A stretch of DNA of 64,000 nucleotides, taken from contig CAJFCJ010000007.1 of NCBI GenBank assembly GCA_904063045.1, positions 2,673,404-2,737,403 of the forward strand. The letters run 5' to 3'. Below, piece after piece: positions 23,601 to 36,431 of this stretch. Source of the stretch: Dimorphilus gyrociliatus (taxonomy: Eukaryota; Animalia; Annelida). Made by a program: the position numbers and the translations under genes. The notes beneath the pieces were generated by a model, which was not told the DNA's origin, made no database searches, and saw only the letters and a list, made by a program, of their open reading frames with translations. The first letter of the stretch is position 1. Each line of letters starts with the position of its first letter.

Positions 23601-26600
23601 TCTTTAAATTTTCAGGCAACTCCTGACGTCCAGCGTAGCCTGGATTCATTGTTAAGAAGATGCCAAATTCAGGATTCATTGCTACATTATCACCGTCGGT
23701 AAATATGAACTGCTTCTTCCTTTCTTTTTTGCATGTCAGTACGATAGCAATTTGCTGGGCAGCTACAGATAATACGGGTAAATCGATACGGTTAAACTCA
23801 TCGAAACATCCCCAAGATCCAGATTGAGCAAGACCCTTATAGATTCTTCCCAATCCTCGGAAGTCCATCTGATCCGAACAATTGAAAACGACGACATATT
23901 TTCCCAAACATCTTCCCATATCCTTTGTTGTCTCGGTTTTTCCCGTACCAGCTGGACCTGCAGGGGCACCTCCCATTGACATTCCCAAAGCCTGAGAGAG
24001 GGTGATGTAACATCGATCGGTTAAAGGGGTAATTACAAGACGCTCGGTGCACCCTAAAAACTCATTTTGATATTCAAACTCGACATCCGTAATATTGATA
24101 CAGCAGCGATCTGTATCTTCATGGAAATAGAATCTTGTTTGTTTCTGCCATTCAAAATCCAATGGATTCTTTATATTTTTTGATACTAGATCATTAAAGA
24201 TATCCCTTTGATGAACATGAATAGTGATTAAAGTTTCAAATTTGGTTCTTTCTACTTTTGTTAAATCTCTTGTTGTTTGATCGATTAACGTATTCAATAA
24301 GCTTAAGAAATTTTGATTGGTCTGATTCATAATCTTTTTATCAGATCTTGCATTCATTAAAGCATTTGTTGAGTCTCTAGTCCAAATCAACTGAATGCCA
24401 AGAAGACCTACTTGGGCAGGGTAAGATTCTAAAAATTCCAATAATTGAAAACCCGAGTCTGAAATTGTCACTGCAGCAACTCTAATAACGTTGTGCATAG
24501 ATTTGTGTGCCATTTGCATTAGAGACATTAGCCAAATTTCCACGTTACCTTCAGCTTTAACAGGTTTGATGAGATCAATTGTTTCACCTTCTGAAGAATG
24601 AATTGACAAAATACTTTCGTATTGTTTTTCATGGAATTTCACTGATTTTATATTATCAAACACGCTAAGTAAGTGAGCCTGGATAGTATGAGGATCGCTT
24701 GCTTGACCCAAAATTTCCAATAAAGCAGGGTCACTAACAAAGAAGAAACGCGGAAATAATAAACGTTTCTTTTCCAAATAACCTGTCAAAGATTTCTGAC
24801 ACAATTCTAATTGTTCTAATAAGTGAGGTAGTAATTGACTAAGTGTTTCATCTCCCACGCAGCATTGTACCACATTGGGCGTTTCGTGAGCTCTCGTCAT
24901 TATTTTTATCCACGATTTGTCAATATTTGAAAATCTCTTAGCTTCTTTGGGCAATTGTTTTGCAATATCTCCTCCAACGAAGACTGCTTCTAAATATACC
25001 CAAAGATTTTGTACAGTCATCCAATTTTCAATAATTTCCGAAGAATTTGATAGTTTCTGTACCCATGTTTGAATATTCTTTTTGAAAGGGGCATTATATC
25101 TATTAGATAGCAGAGAGGATAAGACCATAAGAGAATCTTCCATTGTCGATACAATTTCCGAAGTAGAATCTCCTCGAAGTAATAATTCACCTCTGCTCTT
25201 AAATGATCCAAAAGTAAAGTCGACGCCATTCCATTCGTTTATAACTTGTTTCAGCTTAGCTTCAATATCCTTTTCTTTGACAGCCGCTATGCAAATGTCC
25301 TCAATATCTTCTTTGTACTTAACAAGTGGAGCTTCCAAAACGTTCTTTAATACAAAATCATCTCTTTCAACATCGAATGTATGGCCAGTTAAATCTGCTA
25401 TTCTCTGCCAATGCCTTGCTTTCATCGCTTTATTAGACATTAATTCAAGTAGAGGAACCATTTCGTTAAAATCGTCAATAGTCTTTCGTAAAACTTCGAA
25501 AGCTGGCCACTCCTTTAAAGCCTTCGGTAGCTTACGACATCTGTTTTGGAATTCTTGAAGTTCTACGTTAATTTTCTCAATGTTAATATCCGTCCATAAA
25601 ATATCATAATAGCCTCGAACTGTATCAATAACGTCGTTAAATAGACCGTAAAGTTTCTGTAACAGATTTAATTCCTTTTTAATCTTTAGCAATTGAGGAT
25701 ATTCAGTTACGGGTAAACCAAACAATTCCTCTCCTCCAGTGTATGTAATAAATTTCCTGTATAGTGTGTCAAATGTATTTTGAAAGATTACTAGGCGATC
25801 CGAAGCTTCTCTGGGTTCAATGCCGGCAACCATCGGACCTCTCTCGTCATAATTATAATAGAATTCATCACAATCCTTAATGAATATTTTAACATTATCG
25901 ATAAGTTCTGTTCTAAAGTTAGGTTGGATTTCTAGCAAGGTTGAGGCAACTTCGACTGTTTGACTTTGTAATTTTTGCCACGAGTATCGTAGAGTATCAC
26001 ACTTTTCTGCTTCTTCTTTAACAACTGGTAGCTCGTGTTTATTAAGCATAGCATACGATTCTTCGATTGGACTGATATCCATGTCGATTCTAATTTCATT
26101 TTCTCGTATTTCCTTCAGGGCTGCCATGGCGAAACGAATGTCATCCAAGTCTTTGATTGGTCTTGATAAACGTTTCACAACATCTTCAATAAATTCAAGA
26201 ATCTCATTCATTTTTGTTCTATATTTATTATTACAATGCTTTCCGTAATGAAGGCACCATTGACGAGTCTCAGCTACTAGACCATCTTTAAGGACCTGGG
26301 TAAATATAGCTATTGGGCCTATTCTAACACTTTCTTGCATAGATAAAATTTCTCTTTCTAATTCTTCATATTTGAAAATCTTCTGCTCAAATTCATTAAG
26401 ATTAGGTGCATCTTTAAGGAAGAGTTGTAAGTCTTCTTCCCTATCGACCTCCCATACATCGCTAAACTTGTGAAATTGTTGTAGAGCTGTTTGAACATCT
26501 TTCTTTGTTGCATTTATCGATGTTGATAAAATCGATATAAGCTTAGAGATGTCCTTGTTTGTGGACACACTCAAGAAGTAATTATTTGGCATTTCTTGAA

Positions 26601-29600
26601 TTTGATTGGGATTCGAAGATTGTTGGTCTTTTCGTCCACCCACTCTTGTTCCAAGATCAGATCTCGAAACCTCCGACGGAGCCATACTGGTAGCACTAGG
26701 TCTTCTTTCTAACGAAGGTTGATCAGCCATAGACGATGACGATCTATCACAAATAGGTTTTTTCTGAAGTTTTTTATTCCATTGAGATACGCCTTTTGAG
26801 ACGCTAACAATGACGTGGGCAGAATTGGTAACAGCGTGTTGAACATCCTCTAAGGATGGGCGCATGACGACATTTGGTATTTCAAGACAAGCATCAGTTC
26901 TAAAGAATGGTTGATGGTCTTTTCGGTCATCTTTAGATGATAGGGAAGAATACATCATTATTCCGCCAGAAGAAATTCGTTTCCTAATTGATTCTAAAGT
27001 ATTTCGTGTAACTTTGAGTATAGCTTGAAGATTTTTCGTATTAAAATGATTTAAAAGTTCTTGAGCTTTTTCCTTCAGATTTTCTTGTTGAGCAGCTTTC
27101 CTTCTGGCTACTTGTTCAGCTCTATTACTCTTTGTACTTTGAGGTCTGGACATTTTGGAAGCAGCTGTTCTTCTTGAAGGTGAAGCAGAAGCTCGACCAT
27201 CTTCACTATTCTCCTCATTCTCATCCTCTTCACCCTCTAAGTCATTTTCCTCCTCTGCTGCTGATTGCCACAACATGGCTATTAATTCATTTACAGCATC
27301 CTCTACGTTAACGCTCTTAGATTGCAATTGTAAAGCTCCTTTACAACATAATTGAGAAGTTCTCTCAACGAATTCATCAACCTTCCAAGCCTCGTCTTCG
27401 GGTAATTCGCAAAGTGAGATAGTAGACATTTCTGCGAGAACGGCTTCTATTCTAAATTCAACAATGTCGTTTGCTCTGTTCATCATCAATTCCAAATCAG
27501 CAAGCCTTTCGTAAACAAGCTATTCAATAAAAAACAATTACATTAAAAAACAAATGAGTTAGTCTCGTTTTATATTGAAATAAATATAAACTAATATTTA
27601 CCCGGATATAATCGTCAACTTTGGTTGTTGTCCAGGTATATTCAATTATTGCTGGTTCAATAGCATCGTTTACCTTTTGAATGTGAGGTTGCATCAATTC
27701 TTTAAAAGCTTCTGGTATTTTAGATTTTACTCTTCTAATTTCACCGATCATTAGCTAATTTAAGAATAAAAAGAGGAAATCAATTAGATAAATGTTAATA
27801 TTCAGTCTAAAATTATATTACTGTTAATTCATTATAGGTTTTCTTGAAATAATCATGTTTAGCTCTTAGGGCTTGAGCCGCTTGCGGTATTTCCAATTGT
27901 AGTCTTATCATACTCTCGGTTTCTCTTATTAGAGTGAGAATTTGTGGATCAAAGTTAACAAAGAGATCATCTGGATTTTCTGGGTGCCTTACTAAAAGCG
28001 ATGCTTGTAAACCGGATTTTGCAGCCTCAACTTGACGAATCCATAATCTATGAAACATCATTTCGAATTCTAACAAGACTTTAGCTAATTTATTGTAGTT
28101 TCTGATTATCTTTTTGGCTTCTGAAGTTTGAAGAATAGATGGATGACGTTGAAAGGCGTCCATTGGCTCTTGGATACGTCTATATAATTGTCTAGCCCAT
28201 GTTATTTTTCCGGCAATTGGAGGTAGATCTCTCGGAATGGGCGGCTCAGTTTTATTTTTGCCGTAGATTCTGGTTATAATATCAACATCTCTTGCGTAGT
28301 GAGATAATATTCTTTGATATTTATCTTCAATCCCTAAATTCGGTAGACCTAAACATTCGAATTTTTTCAATAGACTTAATGCAAATTGAGTATTATGAAT
28401 TCTTTCGAATCTTTGATCCATAAAATTTACAATAGCCGAGTGTAAATCGCTAATCTGTCTTTTAAAATCTTCGAAATCATTATAAAACTCTTGACGCCTA
28501 TGATCTAAGAAATCGTACGATTTCTTTTTCATACTTATAACGATCACTTGAAATTTATTGCTCATTAGTTCCATCCCTTCGATTTTCGAATCGGCTAGAT
28601 GCGAATATAGTCCCATTGTTTCAAACATTTCAATTATCATCTTTAACCTTTTGGTAAATGTATCCATTTTACCAAAAATATAGACACCAGAAAAATCAAA
28701 TTGTCTTTCCTCTGGTACTTCCTCTAACTTTTCCTTAGTCTTGTGGAAATGATTTTGATAGCTATCATACAATTTAATACAATCTTTCAATTTCTTTAAA
28801 ACTGAGTCTGTTTCCTGTGTCCATATTGTTTCGATTCCACCGTCTGTTATATAAGCTTTACAAGCAGTAATCATTTGATTAGTTATCTTAACAAATAGTG
28901 AAGTCATATGTTTAGAGGTATTATAAAATCTGGAAATGCTATGTATCATTCGAATCGCATTAATAAGACCCGGTATTGCATCTAACATTCCGACTGGATC
29001 ACTGTTGTATAGTGGATCGCAAAATTTTTCGAGAGTATATAAATATTTAACATTATCCTTTGCCTCATTTGCATAGTCAGTAATTCTTCTATCTAAATCT
29101 TGCCATTGTCTAATAGTTTTGCTTTTAGCGGCCGCTAGTATGCCAAGAATTTTCTTCACTTCATTACCCTTCAATTGATCTAGTATAAAGTTAAATTTGG
29201 ACATTCTTTTCTTCCAATAATCTAACTCTGCTCTTGGTCCTATATTATCCGCTTCCCTTCTCATTTGTTCACTTTCAGCTAGGACTTGTTCTATCTGCTT
29301 CATCCAGACTGCCATACATTCTTCAACAGCCTTTAAAGTTTCAGTGTTGTTTGCAGCGTTGTTATAATCGGATGGACCTCTAATATTCTTCAGTAAGTCT
29401 TCTCTTCCGCACTCTTTTAATTGCACTTTATCTTCAAGTGTATCTTGAGCGCCATCCAGTACGGACACAAAACCATCCAATGTATTTAAAAAATCATTTC
29501 TCTTTTGAAATTGAGTATCCAGATGCCCCCAACCTTTATTCATTTTCCTTAACGAAGGTATATAAACAGAAGTGAGAAGTGATTGTATCGCACTTAATAA

Positions 29601-32600
29601 ACCATTTCCATTTGTGGCTGCATTTGAATCCATTAAAGTAAAGCTTATTTCTTGCGTAAGATTTGTAGCAGTAATTGCTTGGGAAGGATTGGCTCTATAA
29701 AACATCAGACACTGACCATGTAAGGCGACTTCGTATCCATTCGTTACAAAAACTCTGGGCTTATTGGATTTTATAGGTTTATTTCCACTGGCTCCAAGTC
29801 GGACGTGTTCTACTCCTTCTCTTTCAATAACTTCCGGTTCTTGATAAAAGAACATAATCTGCTTTGACCCGTCGGCCTTGAAAAAATCATCCATTGCCTT
29901 AATTTGACAATCTTCCAGAATGCCATCTTCAACTTCGGATTTTTCTAATCCAAGACAATCAGCTATAGTTGATAATAAATATTCATGTCGTTCGTCAAGA
30001 TGTGCTCGTCTTGCTTCTTTTTCCTCTTTGAGCTTTTGCTAAATGAATAAAAATATGATACTATGTAAATTTGAGAATATTGATCAGTAGAAACAATAAG
30101 AAAATTTTAAAATGAAAATAGGCTGAATATAAAAGACTGTATTCTCATTTTCTTTTCAAAACTAAAAAAAAAACTATAATAAAATTGTTTATAATAACCT
30201 TCTATTCTGAACAAGAATAAATCAATCGATTACTTCGAAACTAAACAATATAGGAAAGGTTTTTCAAAGCTTTTCGATAACTATAAAACGATTTAATACA
30301 GAAAAATTATTTAAATGCGAACTTTCCATGCTCTAATGTTGTTAAGTGTTTAATTATTTTATTTACAATCAACTCAAGTTGAACTGATAAGAGGCTTACA
30401 AAAGGTCGGATGTACTATTAAGCCCGAACCTGCACGCATAGATACTTATAAGTAATCTTCCCTAAATCTATAAATAGATATATTCAACACATATATATAT
30501 ATATATATATATTTATAGTTTATGCCTATATAAACTAATTTTTCGCTTACTATCTTACAAAACTGTTTAAATTCAACATTATAATAATGTAACTAAGAGG
30601 CGCATTAAAGTGGAATAAGCTCTAAAGTGAAGAGTTTCAACAAAGGCGGTCATAAATCTAAATGTCCATTGATTCCTTGACAAGAGCCCGTCTAAAAGCG
30701 TTCACCGAACTCTTTCTTTCATTCCAATTTTCACGCACAATCATTACATTTTATTGATAAGCTGACATCATCAATCTATACCAGGACAAACATAGGTAAA
30801 TAGAATTTATGTTTATTCCAGGATTTTTTCCTTTCTCCTACCGTCTACCGAATATTTTTTCTATCAATAATCCATTGGATAGTAAACAAAGAAGATAATA
30901 TCTAAAAAAAGACCTGTAACAATATTTTTTCGTTTATTTCCTTCCTAGAAATTATTTTCCAGCGAGACATAACGTTTTTATCACGATGAAACTTGAATAA
31001 GTAATGTGCCTAAAAACAACGTCTTGCATGGATAATCCAGTTATCACCAATGTACACATTTAGAGTACATAATTGATAAAATCCCACTATCAACATAATG
31101 TTACTATAGCAATATTTCGTAAACAGTACATATACCTGAACTTCTAAGAGATTTAGTACCAGACTGGAATCTTTGTCCTTATCCCTAAACTTTGTCATAT
31201 CCTGGAGTTTTTTGGCGTATTTTACATGTAAGCTAAATTTTTTATCCTCTCATACAGTCTTTTTCACTTTTTTTCTTTAAAATCTGTTTACTGCTTTTTA
31301 TTTCGAAACTGTCGGTTGACTTCACAGAAAGAAAATGAAAAGAAAAAAAAGGTGCGCCAGGTTCAAACAGTAAAAAAAATCGTAATTTTTCAGTATATCG
31401 ACTATTGACTGTATCACGTTCAAGCTCGTTTCTAGCGGCAGTCAAGTAAAAATGAACGCTCCCTTTATTTTCAACCTTCTTAATGTATTAGAATAGCTTT
31501 TTTCTTATTCTAATTACCTTTTCAGCGTAGCCTTGTTTCCTAGACGCTAATAAACTCTCCATTAAATTCTGTTTTTATATTTAAGAGTTTACCGGCGTGT
31601 ATACTTCATACTGCGTTGATGTCGTCTAATAAATCATCATATTAGCTTTACTTGTATTTATACACTGCATCATATATATATATACTGTATACATATATAT
31701 ATATATATATATATGAATGATAATAAACCTCTCGAAAGTAAGACATTTCCCCAAGAGCTCTGTCATTTACTATTAATTTGTCTTAAGATAAAACTAATTA
31801 AAAAAAATCAACAGTAATCGTTGATTTATCAATTTTCTTTCACTCATACATACTTTTTTCTGATTTATATTTGCTTGAATAGCAAGTTCAGCTAACGTAT
31901 TTCTTCTTTTTAGCATTTTCGACCATTTCTCAGACATTGCTGACTAGATTGACAACATTGTATCTAATGACTACTATCTCTTATCTCTTAAAAACTTTTT
32001 CAGTTTTGAATATCACTAGAAATAAAAGATATTTTATATATTTACATATATCTGATAGATTGAAGCAAGTGACTATAACAATAAAAAATCCAACAGATTG
32101 ACGGCTAAAGGGGACAAAATTATGAAAGATGTATCAACTATAATAAAGAAAATAAAGAGATTGTTGTTTAAGTAGGATAGTAACTATTAGATAGAAAGAA
32201 AAAAATCAATATTATAGGAGTTCTATCAACTTGAAAACAAGCTAACAAATATAAAGTTGTAGACTTTAAATTAAATAGAAAACATACCTATATAAATAAA
32301 AAGAAATAGAGAAGGGGGACTTAATAGTTGGTTGCTTAGCAATTAAGGGCTAAAGTCGATGTAATGGAAAAGTTAAATATTGTATATAACAATACAAAAG
32401 AGACCGGAGACTGAACTAATCGAAGTGAATTACTGAACTACGATTTACTATGCTTTATTCATGTTAGCTAATTATTGGGGGCGTTATTATAGGCATTGAA
32501 TACAACTCACTTTGGACGTTATTTTAAAACGTCCCCTCCTGGCTAATAACCTCCAATGACCAAAACTCCTAGAAAACAGAAGCATTTCATTCCATGAGTC

Positions 32601-34721
32601 TCTCCTAATAGATCTTCTTGAGTACATTCTCGATTTAAAAGTTGTATTCTAACCACTTTTACTCTTTTTTTTTTAATTAATAAAAGGTGAAAAACAAGGT
32701 GTAAACCTTACTATGGTGCACAGTCAAACTATTTTATACCTTTGTTTTATGTGTCAATTGGCACCGACTTTTTAACTGTGTCTGTATAATTAACTCGTAT
32801 TTTGTTTCAGCTTGCTCCAAACATGTTTTGCATTGAATATAAAGAGACTTTTTCTCTTTGAATTAAAAAAGAGGAAAAAGTTGAAATAATTCGCTATACA
32901 GTATAAATTTATATATGCATCTGCTCCCCCTTTCTCCTCAAATCCCTACTCTATCATCTCGTATTTAAGAAACCAGCTTGATAAAGTCACATCTAAAGCA
33001 ACCAGTCTTTTCATTAGTTATCTTTAAATTATTTAAATTGTACCCATGTAGTATCCCTTAATTACTATAATTAAAGAAAATTTAATGAGATGCCACCTAG
33101 TGTGTAATTGGCAAACAAATGAAAGAGATTGCTCGGTAAAATTAACTATCGACAATCGATTTACCTATTATTACTATTATTTGAATCATCTCAAAGCAGA
33201 AACAATAGAGCAACGCTATATATATAGTAAATTCCATAATAGGATGATAAAAAACAACGATTATTCTAAACTAATAAATAATAATTGTATAAATAATAAT
33301 TATAATAGAGAAATAGAACGTTCGAATATAGAATAGAATATTTTTGTTGAACACCTTTTTTTCCTTTTTCCTCATAATCGCATTGTATCAATTATTAGAT
33401 TTCAACCGTAAAATTGTGCGCTTAAAAACTATTCAAACCCTCCTCTAACAACATGAACAAAAGCCTTTCAAGGTAAAAAAAATAACGATTTAATTATAAT
33501 AGAAAAAAGATTATAGAGATAGCAAGAAAGAAAAAAGATTCATCTGTCTCTTTGTCTTTCTTTTATATCTTTAACCTGTTTATAGGCAATCCTATCCATT
33601 ATGTTCTTTTTATTTTAAATGTATTACTTGAACAAAACAAAAATAAGACTAATCCTTATTCTCTATCTTTCTTTATTCTTTATTCTCTATATTTTTTTTC
33701 TTACATCAATATCGACATTGGAGAGTTCAACAAGCCAAAGAAAACAACCAAATGAAATCGAATAGCTTGTGAAAGTAAAAAAAAATTGAAGGAGAGAATA
33801 TTTCTGAATAGCAACTGCAAATATAACGTTGTCGTTAAGGCAGCTAGTAAAAATGTACATATAGAGAAAATAAAAGCTCGTTATAGTGCGCTTAGGCACG
33901 GTAAACAAATTGTTAATTTAATCGACAGTTTACATTTTAAAAGAAAAATTTTATAAATAAATATTACGAGAAATAAAATCTATAAATTCCTCTTATAATC
34001 ATTCAAACAATCCCCTCCATAACATATATATAAATAAAGGCAAACGTTCAGTCGAGCGCTGGCCATTCAATCAAGAATATTTACTTTTATTACCTTTTCT
34101 TTGGTGATATTCAAAGACTGAACAGGATGATCGGATTCGTCGAGCATAGCGTAAATAGTGACGCTTGAACGCTTCAGCGCGTCGATTACTATTGAACAAT
34201 TGACAAGGTGTGGCTCGAATTATCAAGCAACATCTTTGACAAGTTGACACAATCTTTTGTTCTAACGCAAACAATCGTTCCTGTTTGTTTATTCAAGCCG
34301 TTATGGTCATTGTTTGCAAAATCATAAAAAATAACCTCTTAAGAATATTCTAATACATTCTTGTGCTATTCCTTGTTTTTTGGATATTAATGTAATTACA
34401 AGTTCTTTCAGCTTAAAGTAATTATTTTTAAACTCCCCTTCCCCCTTCCTACATATTTTATTCAGCAAAATAGAAATGTCTATGGTCTTAGCAATATTTT
34501 GAATTATCTCTTTAGAGATAAAACAGTAGAAGACACTGACAATGAATCGTTCAGCTATCGATAGATAACAGGCAGATAAGGCAAGTAATTAAAAAAAAAG
34601 CGTATAAAAGTTCGTCACCAACCTGTTTCTCTTTTATATTCTCTCCCGGTGCCAGAGGAGCTAGTCTAGTAGACTTTTTCGCTTCGGCGCTCTTTTGCCG
34701 TGTTTGCACCTTCTCCGACAT
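14669..34721 (-). CDS. DNAH5: Axonemal outer-arm dynein heavy chain, DNAH5/DNAH8 type, ~4,660 aa, 8 exons per isoform
   Basis: Exons: first exon (34721-34623 or 31937-31854), 30038-27822, 27754-27602, 27519-21389, either 21246-21121 or 20869-20747, 20045-19976, 19918-15068, 15007-14669. All junctions are GT-AG and phase-consistent (13,983 nt with the 34.7-kb first exon and the 123-nt exon). P-loops [24 protein letters not shown] (DNAH5/8-typical) and GVGGSGKQ; ends [10 protein letters not shown]. Confidence 0.95.
20747..20869 (-). CDS. DNAH5: Dynein alternative exon B (123 nt, phase 2/2), paralogue of exon A
   Basis: Acceptor cctatag, donor gtgaaa. Encodes (R)[40 protein letters not shown](R), with the same D..WF.KT..RV..ED.....DF.R skeleton as exon A. 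Confidence 0.85.
21121..21246 (-). CDS. DNAH5: Dynein alternative exon A (126 nt, phase 2/2)
   Basis: Acceptor caaaatacaaag, donor gtgacc. Encodes (R)[41 protein letters not shown](R) in frame with the flanking exons (..ADR / DAPEATGE..). Confidence 0.85.
30491..30512. repeat. (AT)n microsatellite
   Basis: About 11 AT units. Similar (AT)n tracts occur at ~31693-31714, ~46768-46791 and ~55505-55530. Confidence 0.85.
31854..31937 (-). CDS. DNAH5: Proximal alternative first (or internal) coding exon of the dynein ([28 protein letters not shown])
   Basis: ATG at 31937, 84 nt, phase-0 donor gtatgt, in frame with the exon at 30038. An X-box-like motif lies ~390 nt upstream. Confidence 0.55.
32331..32343. 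promoter_or_regulatory. RFX X-box-like element GTTGCTTAGCAAT
   Basis: One mismatch from the RFX-type inverted repeat GTTGCTTAGCAAC, upstream of a candidate first exon of a ciliary dynein. Confidence 0.4.
34623..34721 (-). CDS. DNAH5: Distal first coding exon of the dynein ([33 protein letters not shown])
   Basis: ATG at 34721, 99 nt, phase-0 donor CAG|gttggt. Joins in frame to [18 protein letters not shown] at 30038 and lies next to a CpG-rich divergent promoter. Confidence 0.7.
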
Positions 34722-34828
34722 GATCGAGGAATGAACGCTTCTTAAAGTTTTTCAAATGAAATCTGCAAATCGCGTATTTATTGACGACAAATTATTTAGC
34801 GCGATAATAATTAGCGCTTTAACACATT

Positions 34829-34876
34829 ATGGCGGCCGCCATTTTGTATGTTTTCGAAGGCTGTCATGACAGCAAC
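34829..34876. promoter_or_regulatory. Core of dynein/actin bidirectional promoter: two 14-bp palindromes
   Basis: ATGGCGGCCGCCAT (34829-34842; back-to-back YY1-like ATGGCG/CGCCAT) and GCTGTCATGACAGC (34860-34873) followed by AAC (RFX-like half site AGCAAC). Both lie between ATGs at 34721 (-) and 35167 (+). Confidence 0.5.
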
Positions 34877-35166
34877 ACTTGACATATTTCCACTTCAGCC
34901 TATACACTTTTGGCTACTTGTTACTAAGTTTTTTCCCCTTATTATTTCCTTTTTCGAGTTCAAAATCTATCTTTCGATTGCTTATCAATTGTCATAAAAA
35001 AATTTATTACTATGAATTATTTTTTATTAACTTCCTCCAGATTCCAAGCGTTTATTACTTAATGCGAAAGTACATAGTGCTGCCACCTTCAGTCCTTTTT
35101 GGTCATTTGTAGGCGGTGATCTTTTCATCATTAGATTACATTAGTTCTAAGACCGTTGCGACCGAA

Positions 35167-36431
35167 ATGCAAAACGAAATTGGAATTGTAATAGACAATG
35201 GTTCGGGAATGGTTAAGGCCGGATTTGCTGGAGACGACGCCCCTAGATCCGTCTTTCCAGCAATAGTAGCAAGACCGCGATATGTGGTAAAAAAAATAAA
35301 CAATTTAATAATTTTTATACATTAAAATGTATTACAAAACAATACAAAAACAAATTTATAGAGCATTATTGTCGGTATGGGTAATAAAGACGCTTATGTC
35401 GGAGACGAAGCTCAGGCAAAACGCGGTATTCTTAGCATCCAGTATCCAATAGAGCATAGTATTGTAACCAATTGGGAAGATATGGAAAAAATTTGGCATC
35501 ATACTTTCTATAATGAGCTCAGAGTAGCCCCTGAAGAGCACCCTGTACTTCTTACTGAAGCCCCCCTAAATCCTAAGGCAAATAGGGAAAAGATGACAGA
35601 AGTGAGAATAGGCCTAATTTTCTTTGTAGGTGTTTCCTCTTATCGATTTTTTTTGCTAATTCGTAGATAATGTTTGAAAAGTTCCGGGTTACCGGAATGC
35701 ATGTTCAAATACAAGCAGTTTTGTCCCTATATTCGGCAGGGAGAACGACAGGAATAGTATTTGATTCTGGGGATGGCGTTAGTCATACGGTTCCAGTTTA
35801 TGATGGTTATTCCCTGCCACATGCAATAGATCGTCTTGATTTAGCTGGCAGGGATATTAGCCAATATTTAAGTAGGATTCTTAGTGAAAGGGGATACTCA
35901 CTTAAAACGAGCAGTGAAATGGAAATAGTTCGAGATATAAAAGAGAAATTGTGCTACGTGGCATCGAATTTCGATGAAGAACTTCGAATAGCCAACTCGT
36001 CTTCAAGCTTAGAAAAGTCGTATGAATTACCCGACGGACAAATTATAACTATAGCAGATGAGAGGTTTAGAGCCCCTGAACTGTTATTTCGTCCAGCCCT
36101 TGCCGGTTTAGAGATAAAAGGAGTTCAAGAGATGATTTATGATTCTATATTTAGATGTGACGTCGATATACGAAGAGAACTTTTTTCTAATGTCGTACTT
36201 TCAGGTGGATCTACTATGTATCCAGGAATGGCTGATAGGGTTCAGAGGGAATTGATGAGCATGACACCAAGTAATGTTAAATTAAGAGTGATAGCCCCTC
36301 CAGAGAGGAAGTATTCAGTTTGGATCGGAGGTTCGATACTGGCCAGCTTATCAACATTTGAAGAAATGTGGATATCCAAAGGAGAATACGATGAATTCGG
36401 TCCCGAAATTGTTCACCGAAAATGCTTTTAA
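35167..36431 (+). CDS. Divergent actin paralogue, 374 aa, 3 exons
   Basis: Exons 35167-35286, 35362-35601, 35667-36431. [70 protein letters not shown]. Closer to conventional actin than to Arp1, but with many substitutions. Confidence 0.93.

Noticed and set aside
17229-27355. Plus-strand ORFs inside the dynein (17229, 18633, 21718, 22756, 22769, 25082, 27155) and off-frame minus ORFs
   Set aside because: They are antisense or alternate-frame shadows of long coding exons, with no motifs or independent signals.
34094-34280. 62-codon open block ending in a gtaata donor inside dynein intron 1
   Set aside because: The acceptor is purine-rich and weak, there is no ATG, it exits in phase 1 and shows no recognisable similarity; not supportable as an exon.
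35167-36431. Arp1 (centractin) or processed-pseudogene interpretation of the actin-like gene
   Set aside because: Diagnostic segments (HTVPVY, LDLAGRD, EKLCYVA, ELPDGQ, VHRKCF) follow conventional actin, the frame is intact and ancestral-position introns are present.
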